Source of the DNA: Haliotis rufescens
Taxonomy: Eukaryota
Reading direction: 5' to 3'
Length of the DNA: 64,000 nt
Assembly (NCBI RefSeq): GCF_023055435.1
Contig: NW_025964001.1
Location: 42,780,001-42,844,000 of the forward strand
How positions within the stretch are numbered: position 1 is the first letter of the stretch; the number at the start of each line of letters is the position of its first letter. Of the stretch, positions 25,665 to 38,700 are shown one piece after another. Position numbers and translations under genes: made by a program. The notes under the pieces are model-generated. The model was not told where the DNA came from and made no database searches. It was given only the letters and a program-made list of their open reading frames with translations.

Positions 25665-26070
25665 ATGGGAGTAAATGATGAAATACATATAGTTTCCGCT
25701 AATTGTAAAGGCCTAGCCGCAAAGACCAAACGAAAAGAAGTCATGAATGTATATAGAAAAAAGAAATTCTCTATCATTTGTTTGCAAGATGTTCATATTT
25801 CCAAAGATAATGAAATTCTTATGAAAAATGAATGGGGTCTTGATAGTGTCATTGCACCGTACAAGTCAAATGCCCGACGTGTAGCAATCTTGAATATAAG
25901 ATACACAAGACTTGTATTGACGATAATGCTAATTACAATATTTTTTACATTACGGTTGACGGTATAAAGTTTAAGCTCACCACAGTGTATGGTCCAAACT
26001 CCGATCACCCTTTATTTTACAAAACATTATTTGAAAAAAATGATTATATGGGTACATTGTATATGACTCT
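25665..26070 (+). mobile_element. L1/Tx1-type LINE apurinic endonuclease remnant (start of ORF2), disrupted
   Basis: IVSANCKGL...KR...IICLQDVH...EWG...SNARRVAIL are APE motifs I/II; the sequence continues out of frame with VYGPNSDHP. Confidence 0.75.
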
Positions 26071-26080
26071 TTAGTAATAT

Positions 26081-26424
26081 ACCGCCTCCGTGGTCTAGTG
26101 GGAGAGCGGAAGGTCCGGGGTTCGATCCCCGGCCGCGTCATACCAAAAGACGTTAAAAGATGGTACTCGTTGTTACCCTGTCTGGCGCTCGACATTAAGG
26201 GGCTAAAACAAGGACTGGTCGGCTCGGAGTCAGTATACTGTGTCTGAGTGGGGTATTCATGTTAAACTGCGGCATGGTATCTCAGTGAGCTTGCACTATA
26301 AATCGGCATCAGTCCGGACTAGTACAAGCAGGCACACACACACATACACGTGCATGCACGTCGCTATATAAGTGCAATAATCTTGGACGCGACGTTAAAC
26401 ACAATTTCACCTCACCTCACCTCA
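26081..26424 (+). mobile_element. SINE family B (tRNA-derived, (CCTCA)n tail)
   Basis: A box GTGGTCTAGTGG, B box GGTTCGATCCCC, conserved body, (CACCT)n tail; several copies in the window. Confidence 0.85.
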
Positions 26425-26663
26425 TGCTATCAACCACTGGTGTGTCTCGCCTAGGTTTGGTTATTTAATTGTTGCCTTGATCACAGAGTATAACAATCCG
26501 AAACCTACTAGGTCTGCATGGCGCCCAGTGGCACTTCCCCCGGTGCCACCTAACTGTCCGGCCTGTCTTGGATGTACTGGTGAAGTGTATCAGACATACA
26601 GGAACATGTCAGTATTCAACGTTCATGGGCGTCTGTAACTAGCAAAGAAAAACGTCTTTTTAG

Positions 26664-29600
26664 ATACACGTTCCAGAACAAGAACAACGTCATCGTGAGA
26701 GTCCTAGATTATGGCGGCATCATCACTGACATCATCGTCCCGGACAGAAAGGGCAAGATGGAGGACGTCAACCTCGGCTTTGATGATATGGAAGGTAGGC
26801 AGAGGGTAGGGGATATTTTACTTGATTGTCGATGACTACATACATAACAATTACATTGTATGTATATATTCTCTTTTACAATATAAGTATATCGATAATT
26901 AAAAAAACTTTCACATTAATAGATCCCCATCATATTCTTAGATCATCTCATGTTCCTCATTTCTTACATGACACAAGGTTATGCTGGGGGCAGATATATG
27001 GGTGCTCTGATTGGGCGAGTCGCTAACAGGATCGCAGGTGGACAGTTCAGTCTCGAAGGCACCTCCTATTCTCTGGCTGTCAACAACGGACCCAACAGTC
27101 TACATGGGGGAAAGAGAGGATTTGACAAGGTCAGTTGTAGGCCTACGACTGTGTAGGCTACACAACGATGTACTGAACAGCATTCCCTCGCTAAGCGATC
27201 TCTCAATTGGAAATGTGGTGAAAGAAATACGTCTCAATCTACTGTTTGTCTCTTGGCCATCTTCCCGAGGTCATCTTTCCTCGCTTGATTTGATGCACTT
27301 CGCGATGTAAGACCCGTTTTATCACAATATAGACCTTGATCATCGATTAGATCGTCTTGACCGGGCGTTGCCATTTTGTTTGAAACAAATGCAAGTGATG
27401 GAATCGGATTGGTCCATAGGACCACTGGTGGTGCTACGATCGAGCCCAGGAATTCGAGCCTAGTTCGGCAAGGGTGGAAACTGGACTTTAAAAGTCAGTT
27501 AACTCTCTTGCCTCGGGAAGATGTCTCTTTGCTGACAGGAAACACTAGTCGTGTGTCCTAAATACAGATAGCAGAATATGTCAGGTTGTAAACGAATGTA
27601 ACATGTGTCACTATAAATTTTCCTCATTATCATAGTCTGAGTAACCCAATGTGAAGAATGTAGTTACTTGCAGAGTCATATGTTCTGCCAATATGTTTAA
27701 TTCATCATGTTGCAAAACTTCTAGAGATTCTGGGAGGCTAAGGTTGATGGCAACAGACTGAGCCTTAAATATGTCAGCCCTGACGGTGAGGAGACCTACC
27801 CAGGGGAGGTAACTCTGACAGTCACATACGAACTGACAGATGAGAATAAGCTGATCATCGACTACACGGCAACATCGACCAACGCAACACCTGTCAACTT
27901 CACCAACCACGCTTACTTCAATCTGGGAGGACATGTGAGTTGCTATGGTTGTTTCAACTATTCAGGACATGTCAGTTAGCATTGTAATAATAATATGTCG
28001 GTACATATATGTTGATTGGAATATTGATATCGAAGTACTAAGAAAAAACTTCAGACACCGATGGGATTATGGGGGTCTCGTAGCTTCTGGATTCGAAGAG
28101 TAACCACGAATGTGAACCTTGTCCTTGGAGCACCGAACAGTGCCACCACATTGTGACGTGTCCTCAGTGACGCATGACATTATTCCTAGGGTTACTGTGG
28201 TCTTATAGTTATATTGTGTGGCTTAATTCGCTAACACCTGGCTGATCCCTGCGTATATTATTCTCCACTGTTGTGCCTTTTACGTCAACGTTGTCGTATT
28301 GCTAATGAGTTTGGAGATGGTATGTCACACAGATGTGGACCTGCAAGTCGTTCCTCCAACGGTACTTTGCTTATTCATGGCTCTTCGTGACAAAAGCAAG
28401 TTGACGGATAAGGCTTTAGGAGACATCAACAGTTGAAGATTTGAAGTATTTATGTTTGCTACACTGAGTGTTCTTACGTTCTTAGGGCGGTCGGGTAGCC
28501 TAGTGGTTAAAGCGTTCGCTCGTCACGCCGAAGACCCGGGTTCGATTCCCGACATGGGTACAATGTGTTAAGCCCATTTCTGATGTCCCCCGCCACGACA
28601 TTGCTGGAATATTGCTAAAAGCGGCGTAAAATCAAGCTCACTCTCACGTTCTTTACGTTCGTGAAATTCCCGAGGACACGTGTCAGTCATGTTGTATGTT
28701 TTCATTTGTCAGGGCTCAGGGAAGGTTGACGATCATGTTGTACAACTCAATGCAGAGTCTTTCTTACCTGTGGATGACAACGCGATTCCAACAGGTAAAT
28801 TTGTAACTATTGGTCACGGTGTGGTTATATAATGTTTGACATAGGTAGAGACGATATACTGACGATCTTCTACCACTTATAACCATGTCTTACTGTAGTC
28901 TCTGGACTTTTCCAGGTGAGATCCGGAGAGTGGAGGGAACAGAATGGGACCTGAGGTCCCCTGTACGTCTTGGGGACCGGCTTGGAGGGGTGCCCGGTGG
29001 AAAGGGTTTCGACCACAACTTCAACCTGTCCGTGTCTGGAGAAAGGCGTCTTGCAGCAAGGTGGGGACTTTTGAATCTTACCATTTCTGCTCCAATGGGT
29101 AAATACGTTAACAGGATATTTCCACATCATGTTGTATGATCCTTGCAACGTCCATTAGGAAATGATAATGCGTGGATATATATACCTGTTAGGCCTGTTC
29201 AATCTACTGTTGGTATCGCCTTTTTCGGAATCAGGCATAATTGTGTTTTACCATTCGCCCGTCCGTAGCTGCAGGGCAAAGAAGCAACCATTTCCAAATC
29301 ACCCTTCAAAGAATCGGAGAAACCAGTGAACCCAGTAGTGATCTGTTGTCTAGTATCTCTAGGTTTAAGTAATACAGGTTACACACATTTCTGAAATACA
29401 TTTATCGTTTTTATGAGATTTCAGTTTGACTGAACAAAGTAATACAGTGACAAAGTGTGAACTCAATGTATCAGACTATGTACTATTGGCACTCATTGTG
29501 GATCGAACTAATTGGATTATTCGAAACATTAGATGGTCCACATGACTTCGAGTTAACGAGTGTTTGTTGTTGTTCCTTTTTTTGGAAACTAGCATTTTGA

Positions 29601-31160
29601 TATACAAAGATGGTGGCTGATTGCAGAGTGGAGCACCCGCCGAGTGGGAGGTGGATGGAGTGCCACACCACGGAGCCAGGAGTGCAGTTCTACACCGGTT
29701 TCTTCATTAAAGATCTGAAAGGGAAAGAAGGGGCAAACTACTCCCAATTTGGAGGATTCTGTCTGGAGGCTCAGCACTACCCTGACAGCATCAATCAGGT
29801 GGGTCAGCACTACGTTGTCAGCATCAATCAGGTGGGTCAGCACTACCCTGACAGCTTCAATCAGGTGGGTCAGCACTACCCTGACAGCATCAATCAGGTG
29901 GGTCAGCACTACGTTGTCAACATCAATCAGGTGGGTCAGCACTACCCTGACAGCTTCAATCAGGTGGGTCAGCACTACCCTGACAGCATCAATCAGGTGG
30001 GTCAGCACTACCTTGACTCCATCAATCAGGTGGGTCAGCACCTTACAGCATCAATCAGGTGGGTCAGCACTACCCTGACAGCATCAATCATGTGGGTCAG
30101 GACTACCCTGACAGCGTTAACCAGGTGGGTCAGCTCTACCCTGACAGCATCAATCAGGTGGGTCAGCACTACTCTGACATCGTCAATCAGGTGGGCCAGT
30201 GCTACCCTGACAGCATCAATCAGGTGGGTCAACATTAACCAGGTGGGTCAGCTCTACCCTGACAGCGTTAACCAGGTGGGTCAGCTCTACCCTGACAGCA
30301 TCAATCAGGTGCGTCAGCACTACCTTGTCAGCATCAATCAGGTGGATCAGCACTACCCTGACAGTATCAATCAGGTGGGTAAGCACTACCCTGACAGCAT
30401 CAGTCTGGTGGGTCAGCACTTGACAGCATCAATCAGGTGGGTCAGCACCTGACAGCATCAATCAGGTGGGTCAGCACTACCCCGACAGCTTCAATCAGAT
30501 GGGTCAGCACTACCCCGACAGCTTCAATCAGGTGGGTCAGCGCTACCCTGACAGCATCAATCAGGTGGGTCAGCACTACTCTGACATCGTCAATCAGGTG
30601 GGTCAGTGCTACCCTGACAGCATCAATCAGGTGGGTCAACATTAACCAGGTGGGTCAGCTCTACCCTGACATCGTCAATCAGGTGGGTCAGCTCTAGCCT
30701 GACATCGTCAATCAGGTGGGTCAGCACTACCCCGACAGCATCAATCAGGTGGGTCAGCACTACCCTGACAGCATCAATCAGACATGAGAGATAGTATATG
30801 CATCTCCAGCACTATCAAGGGGTAGGCCAGATTGTTTCTTGGGTCTCAAGCACATTTAATGTAGTGGGTCAGATATGACCCTGGGTATCCAGGACTACCA
30901 GGGGATATACATGTATGTATATGGAGAAATTCAATCACACCACACGAACTGTTCTAACACATGTTCCAGTTTTATCTTCAGTATAGAACAATTCGTGTCG
31001 TGTGGATATTTTTTAAACTCGTTATATATGTGCACATATAAAACACACATTAACACCATCACGTGTCCAACTGTTTTAGCCAAGCTTCCCCAACAGCGTC
31101 CTACGTCCCGGGGAGATATACCGGCAGACGACATCGTATACGTTTGGTGTCAGCAACTGA
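26664..31160 (+). CDS. GALM: Aldose 1-epimerase copy 2: exons 2-8 intact (26664-26794, 26978-27129, 27725-27934, 28713-28794, 28916-29060, 29627-29798, 31080-31160); exon 1 not found
   Basis: Exon lengths are identical to copy 1 (131,152,210,82,145,172,81), all GT-AG, with no stops; NHAYFNL and FCLE are retained. Confidence 0.85.
27258..27523. mobile_element. CATCTTCC...GGAAGATG MITE with 9-bp TSD (Mutator-like)
   Basis: Flanks TCTCTTGGC / TCTCTTTGC; the paralogous GALM3 intron (~38017-38025) has a single TCTCCTTGC (empty site). Confidence 0.85.
28484..28645 (+). mobile_element. SINE family A (tRNA-derived, (ACTC)n tail)
   Basis: A box TAGCCTAGTGG, B box GGTTCGATTCCC; flanking ACGTTCTT duplication. 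Confidence 0.85.
29772..30781 (+). repeat. 33-bp splice-donor-spanning tandem array at GALM copy 2 exon 7/intron 7
   Basis: Same unit as in copy 1, about 30 units; the first eight donors are in frame. Confidence 0.95.
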
Positions 31161-31846
31161 GGAGAGGAAACTAGAGTCTTCCAAGCCGTATCACATTCAG
31201 TCTTCCCACACCGCTAGTTTATACTTGAGTGTAGCATAATTGAATAATACGGTGTGCTTTGGTCTTTGTGACCTCTGGGCCTTAATTCAACTTGTTGATA
31301 TAAATGTTAAGAACACTTTGTAGTTCCAACTGAAGCGTTTTTCTTATAATTACACTTTGAATTTTCTTGGTGTTTGGTTTGTTTTTTTACATGTTGCTGG
31401 AATGTGTTTATGGCCAGAGGTGTGCCCCAATTCTTATTTTACCTATCGGTATGTTGCCAGGAAAGAGCCTAGCTGTCGGGAAGTGATCTTCTGAAAAGTG
31501 CCTTTCTCGGTGCTTTTTCCTGACTTAACCTTCATAGTTGTTTACAACGACCTGCTATAACGAAGTGAAGGTTTTAACCTTCCCTGCGACATGGAGCTCG
31601 TACGTAACGCTCTTTACTTCTTGGTGCCCGTTGCCTTCTTCTCAGTGCCTGTACCGATGTCAGATGTGTTCTGGCAATACCCTGAGTACAGAGGATTAGT
31701 CTTACATACTGACAACTGAAATCCATGTAAACACTGCAGACGGCCAAAAAGAACATGTAAATATATCTTTGAAACAGGAGAGAAGTGGGAGTTCACCCAC
31801 TTAGGTGTTTAACCATTGAACGTGTTCAGACATGTCATGTATAGAT

Positions 31847-32353
31847 CATCTTCCTGAGGCAAGGGTGTTGACTGACTATAAAAGTCCAGTTTCCACCCTT
31901 GCCGAACTAGGCTGGAATTCCGGAGCTACATTTTGGCTGGACAAACGAGTCTGTGCATAGTCCAATCAATATCGCGTAACGAACTAGACATGCAGATTGC
32001 GGTCGACTGCAGGATTTGCAAAGCATGTGTTCCGCAAACTGGGCGTCGACAGATTTTGCAAATCTTTTCATGTTTTTAATGAAGGTATTCAAGTGATTTG
32101 ATGCACTTCGCGGGGTAGGACCAGTTTTATTACAATATAGATCTTGGTTAACGATCAGATCGTCTTCACTGTGCGCCGCCATTTTGTTTAAAGCAAATGC
32201 AAGTGAGATATGGAATCTGATTGGTCAACAGGAGGGACAAAGAAGGGACACTAGCCACTGATGTCGCTACGATCGAGTCCACAAATTCCAGCCAAATTCG
32301 AGGGTAGAAACAGGACTTTTATAATCAGTTAACGCCCTTGCCTCGGAAAGATG
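31847..32353. mobile_element. Longest CATCTTCC MITE copy (~70-bp TIRs, 9-bp TSD)
   Basis: CATCTTCCTGAGGCAAGGGTGTTGACTGACTATAAAAGTCC... and ...GGACTTTTATAATCAGTTAACGCCCTTGCCTCGGAAAGATG; flanks TGTATAGAT / TTTATAGAT. Confidence 0.8.
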
Positions 32354-32731
32354 TTTATAGATTGAATGATCTTGTACAGATGACACAAAAACGTTCACCC
32401 GTGGGACCTGGTGATAAAGTGGGTCACTGAGTCGGCAGAGTATGGGTCTGATACATTCGCCATCATCTTGTTTGACTGCTTTAGTAGGTTCTGTTTGTTT
32501 GTTTGTTTGTTTGTTTGTTTTGTTTGTTTGTTGTTTAACGCGCCGCCCACAGCAATATTCCTGCTATATGACGGCTATATAACGCTCGATACTGATAGTT
32601 ATTCGTCAGGTAGGAACAGCCTGTCATTATATATGACGAAAATGCTTTGAGATGTGCCCTACTGTCACAAGGGCAGATAACTGCCTCACGTCCTGACCAG
32701 TGCGTGTGTCAGTCTGTCTCACAGCTCAACC

Positions 32732-35700
32732 ATGCCGATCTCGAAGGATTCATTTGGTAAAACTACAGAAGACGAGGAAGTTACAAGGTGACATGACTGG
32801 AGTGTTTAGTTCAGGGATGTGCGTATGTACCATCTGATGTCTGAAGTCTATGTAGGTAGACTATGGCTGTTGGAAGGGGTCGTGATTAGGTTATCAGACA
32901 GGCACTCCAGGATACACCCAGATAGTTAATTATCGCTGCGAACAGTGAAACCCAGTTTCCAGAGATAATAGTAACTGCTATACTTTTTACATAGACTTAC
33001 GGCAGTCGTATTGCTGACATCTCTTTGTAGAGCGGATGCCTGGAAACAATCGAACTTGTATCGAGTTGTGCGGTACTACGGAGTGAAATGTGGTTGTTGT
33101 TTTGTGCCGCAATCTGCAATAGTTAAGCATAATTGTGGCGTGTACATTTTCGAGCATGTTGTTAGCATAAACAAGGGTGGTCGCTGTCAGCTTAATGTCG
33201 GCCAGGTCAAGCAATGTCACCAAACAATCCTCATTAGTTTTTCCTTGCCTTTGCATGTGTTTGTGTCGGGTGACATAATACGCCCACCTTTTCCCGAACA
33301 CCTGGTATCATTCATAAACACATGCTTATAATAAAGTCGGAATCGTGCAGTAAAGATTTCTTATGATTATGAAAATGCGGAGTGACCGTAATTGATGATC
33401 CGAAAAGGATTTGTCTGGAACCATAAGGCTTCGATTGAATGATATATCTAGTTAATGAAAGGCTTTACCGTAATGTTTCTGATAAATGGAAGGACAAGTT
33501 CTTCATATTATGCATTCTCGGGAACTAGACAAAACACGTGTTAAATATCCATACATACAGGCAACATTTTAGATATCTATCTTATGTCAATGTCGGAATC
33601 TTTACCTAGATGTTAATTATGTATGTGAATGTTTTCTGTGATATTCACATACTGTTCTCAGTTGAGAATTATAATTCAACCCTACTAGTCCTTCATAAGT
33701 AATAGTAGCATTAGTCAAGGGACCGCCGCTTCGCCTGGATAACATTGGACGTGTTGGTGCTCCACGGGAGTGGATTGTGGATGGTCCAGCAAAGTTGGAA
33801 AGGAACATCTCATTTATACTCTTAAAAAAACCGCAAAGCCAGATTTGTGAGAGGTGGGAAAATACATTTATACGAGGAACCGTACAAGGTATTGAGCCTA
33901 AATGTTGTGGAGAGAACACTTGGTGATTGTAGTCATCTCAGTTATCGGCACAGAGGAAAAGTCCAAGGTGAAGGTCAGCTACCATCAATAACGCGTATGT
34001 CCTCCGTTGGAATCGATAGCGGCCTGACATCTCCTGCCCATGGAAGAGACGAGTATGCGAATCACATCCTAGGGAATGGTAGCCCACTCGGCCAGCAACG
34101 CAAAAGCCAACTGTTGCAACGTATGGGGCTGTAGTTGACGTCGGCGTAGCCGTCTAACCAATTCATCCCACAGGTTCTCTATCGGGTTCAAATCCGGGGA
34201 TTTGGAGGGCCAGGGGAGAACATCAACATTGTTGTTGTGTAGAGAGGCTCCTGTGATCCGTGCTGTATGCGGTCGAGCGTTGTCCTGCTGGAATACACCG
34301 TTGCCGTTGGCTGCAATTGGGAGGTCGTGTGGGAGGAGAATTTCGTTGATGTATCGTTGAGCCATAAGATTGCCCTGGTTGTGGACCAAACCTGTCCTGC
34401 CATGATGAGAGATAACCGCCAACATCATAAAGCTACCCCCACCAAACCTGTCCACTTCCTGTACGCAGTTTCCAGTGTAACGTTCTCTCCGACGTCTGTA
34501 GACCCCTCCCCACGACGGATGAGAAATCTAGATTCGTCGCTGTACCAGACATCTCTCAATCGCAGTGGAGACAATATCCTGTGTTGACGACACCAATGCA
34601 GTCGTTGTTGACGATGTTGTCGACTCAATATGACGCGTCGAACAGGACGTCTTGCTCGTAGACCTGCTGCTCTTAAACGGTTTTGTACAGTCTGGTCGGA
34701 GATTCTGCGCAGTCCTGGTATTTGGGATGCGGTTGAGGTGGCTGTCGTCGTCCTTTCACGAAGGTGGCGCAGTCGGATGTAGCGATCTTGGGCGGTGTCG
34801 GTTACTCTTGGTCGTCCAGACCTTGCCGATCACGTGTTGACTCATGCTGTTGAAACCGATCCCATAACCCTTGGCACTACATTGAAAACTCTGGCTACAG
34901 CTGATCGGGATTTCCCTGCCTGCAAGCGGCCTATGACATTGTTTCTTTGCACTTCTGTTAATCTTGGCATGACGCAGAAAAAAACCCTGCTCCAGTACCG
35001 TTCATAGTGCTGCTGCACTGGCTAATTTTGATTTTATGGCCAAAAATATCCGTATTGCGTTTCTTTTTTTTAAGAGTATATGTTATGTCCGGTCATGTTT
35101 TCTCTGTTTAAATGTGCAGATTGCTTTGATCTTTCGCTCGTCATACCAAAGACACATGTGTGAAGCCATTTATTCTTGTCCTATGTCGAGATATAACTGG
35201 AATATTTCCAAAAGTGGCGTAAAACCATAATCACTGACATGCACCGCTTTGTGTTGTTCAAAGTTGTGATTTTCAAACACGGCTAAATAACGTACAACAA
35301 GGTGGACATGCTTGCGCATGTTCTGCTTGGTCTGCTTGGCCTTCTTGGTCTGCTTGCTCTGCTTGGCCGCCTTGGTCTGCTTGGCCTTGTTGGTCTGCTT
35401 GGCCATCTTGGTCTGCTTGGCCGCCTTGGTCTGCTTGGCCTTCTTGGTCTGCTTGGCCTGCTTGGTCTGCTTGGCCATCTTGGTCTGCTTGTCCGTCTTG
35501 GTCTGCTTGGCCTTCTTGGTCTGCTTGGTCTGCTTGACCTTCTTGGTCTGCTTGGCCTGCTTGGTCTACTTGGTCTGCTTGGCCATCTTGGTCTGCTTGT
35601 CCGTCTTGGTCTGCTTGGCCTTCTTGGTCTGCTTGGCCTGCTTGGTCTACTTGGTCTGCTTGGCCATCTTGGTCTGCTTGTCCGTCTTGGTCTGCTTGGC

Positions 35701-38700
35701 CTTCTTGGTCTGCTTGGCCTGCTTGGTCTACTTGGTCTGTTTGGCCTTCTTGGCCTGCTTGGTCTGTTTGGCCTTCTTGGCCTTCTTGGCCTTCTTGGCC
35801 TTCTTGGTCTGCTTAGCCTTCTTGGTCTGCTTGGCCTGCTTGGTCTGCTTGGCCATCTTGGCCTGCTTGGTCTGCTTGGCCATCTTGGTCTGTTTGGCCT
35901 TCTTGGCCTGCTTGGTCTGCTTGGTCTGTTTGGTCTTCTTGGCCTTCTTGGTCTGCTTAGCCTTCTTGGTCTGCTTGGTCTGTTTGGTATGCTTGGCCTG
36001 CTTGGTCTGTTTAGTCTGCTCAGCCTTCTTGGTTTGCTTTGTCTGCTTGGTCTGCCTGGTCCTTTTGGTCTGCTTGGCCTGCCTGGTCCTCTTGGTCTGC
36101 TTGGTCTGCTTGGTCTGCATGTTACAATGGAGCTTGGAGAGTCTACGTTTCACTGTTCCAGATACACGTTCCAGAACAAGAACAACGTCATCGTGAGAGT
36201 CCTAGATTATGGCGGCATCATCACTGACATCATCGTCCCGGACAGAAAGGGCAAGATGGAGGACGTCAGCCTCGGCTTTGATGATATGGAAGGTAGGCTC
36301 GAAATAGCAACACATTTTGCATAATTGTCGAGGACACGTTGCACATTGTAGAAGTGTCTACAACAAATGTTACTAAAACACATTAAACACCATTAGATCA
36401 GTCAAGGTCTGTTAAAAATATTGTAAGAAACGATATTGTGTACAGATGTGAATTTGCAACGGCAAATTTTCAAGTGAGTTTCGTGGTTAAACGCCGCTTT
36501 GAACAGTATTTAACTTATATAACCGCATGCCAGTTTGGAGTAATGCAGACTGTCACCACTTTGGTGATACCCACGAGTATGGGTATGGTGCTAACATACC
36601 AATAAATAGACCAGAGCGACCCTGAAGTTGAAGCCATGAGTAACGGTTTCTTGCAAGCCTAATGGACGCGACTCATCACTGAGACGTACGGCACCCATTC
36701 CCTACTCGTGTCAATAAATAATCGAGTCTGGATCAGAGAATCCAGTGACCGATATCATGAGCATCGATCAAAGCAATTTGGATGCAATGACATACATCAA
36801 CCAAGTCATCGAGCCTGACCACCCGACCCCATTTGTCGCATCTTAAGACAAGCATGGGTTGCTGAAGATGTGTTCTAACCCTGATCTTCAAGGGTCAGTG
36901 TTTACGGTGAGGTGAGGTGAAATTGGGTTTAACGAAGCGTGCAAGATTCTTGAACTTACATGGCGACGTGCATGCACGTGTGTGTGGCTGCTTGTACTAG
37001 TCCGGACTGATGCCGATTTATAGTGCTAGCCCAATGAGATATAATGCCACAGTTTAAAATGAACATCCCACTCAGACACAGTATACTGACTCCAAGCCGA
37101 CCAGTCCTTGTTTTAGCCCCTCAATGCCTAACGCTAGACAGGGTAACATCGAGTACCAAGTTTTAACGTCTTTTGGTAAGACGCGGCCGGGGGTCGAACC
37201 CCCGACCTTCCGCTCTCCAGGTCGACGCTCTACCTCTAGACCACGGAGACGGTCAGATGTTTAAGTAACTGAGTATAGGATCAGATGATTAAAATGGTAT
37301 AAGATTCAAGTGAGATGTGGCCAAGACTACAGACATATTTCTACTGAAGATATGAATTTTTATCAAAACATACTCCCTTTTCGCCATTCAGTATTACTTT
37401 TTGCCATACAGTATTATCCCAGCATTTGGAACATCGGCAATGATTTTACTGATTGGAAACCAAAACCTGAGGTAAAACTATACATAAAACATATTCTCCC
37501 GAATGTACTTTCTTCATGACTTAAGGCTATGCTGCGAGTGGGTACATTGGTGCTCTGATTGGTCGAGTCGCCAACAGGATCGCCGGTGGACAGTTCAGTC
37601 TCGAAGGCACCTCCTACTCTTTGGTTGTCAACGATGGACCCAACAGTCTGCATGGAGGAAAGAGAGGATTTGGCAAGGTCGGTGCTAGGCCTCGATTATG
37701 ATGCTTACTTGGACGCAACATATCCTAGATCGCAGGTTTCAGCAACGACCATGTAACTAATATTAATATATAGAAACCTCTCAGACGACGCCTCGAATTT
37801 GTTACTTCAGAATATTAATGGCATTGTCCTGTGCTTCAGGTTCCCCCAACTGTTAGGTACCTGAGCTGACGTTTAAAAAACCGAGGTAAACGGCACCTAT
37901 TCTCTGACGGTGTTCATCCATCTCTTAGCAAACGTTCGTCATAGTTTCACAATATCAATCCATGTTCTGGAGATTCTAGGAAGACATTTAATGATAAAAT
38001 ACGTCTCAATTTACTGTCTCCTTGCTGCCTGGAAACACTAGTCGCATGTCCTTATTACCGATAGCAAAATATGTCAGGTGTTAAACGAATGTAACATGTG
38101 TCACTTTAAATTTTCTTCTGGCACCAAGGAAGCGCTAGCTGCCTCTCTGTCATATATGAGTCATTTTCAAAAGATGTCACTATTTCTGTCCGAACCCATT
38201 ACAAAATTTAAAAAAATATATATTGCAATTCGTTCAGATTATCACCTGCAAAGTAATGCATCTAGTAAAACGGTTATTTTCAATCATTGTGTCATATTAT
38301 GTGTTTTTGATGCGTTTTAAATGGGTAGAAAGTTAATTTTTGGCTGTCCCAGTGCATTTAGATTCAAATTTGAGAAACTGTCATTTTATAAATATTGGCA
38401 TATATCTAATACTACTGTGGTTATCTTATAAAAACTAGATTCATTTAGGAATTTCAGTGTGTAATTTCAATCTAACTGATGTGCACCAGGAGAAAAATAA
38501 GCACCAAAAGTTAACCAAAAAGGTAAGGAACTGATGAGTATTTTCATTTCATGTCTTTCCCATAACGCTATGATTCAATGGAACAGATGCAAAATAGTTA
38601 TTTCAAGTTCCAAGTTTATGTGCCAATTCATGAACAGAAAATTGTGTGAACATTCAGCTTCATGAAGGGACCATTAATTAGTCAATATAATTTTTTATCT

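Noticed and set aside
35302-36196. Collagen-like or membrane protein from the (GLL)n ORFs
   Set aside because: The Gly-X-Y periodicity is a by-product of a 9-bp repeat, and GALM3 already has a canonical exon 1 at 32732.
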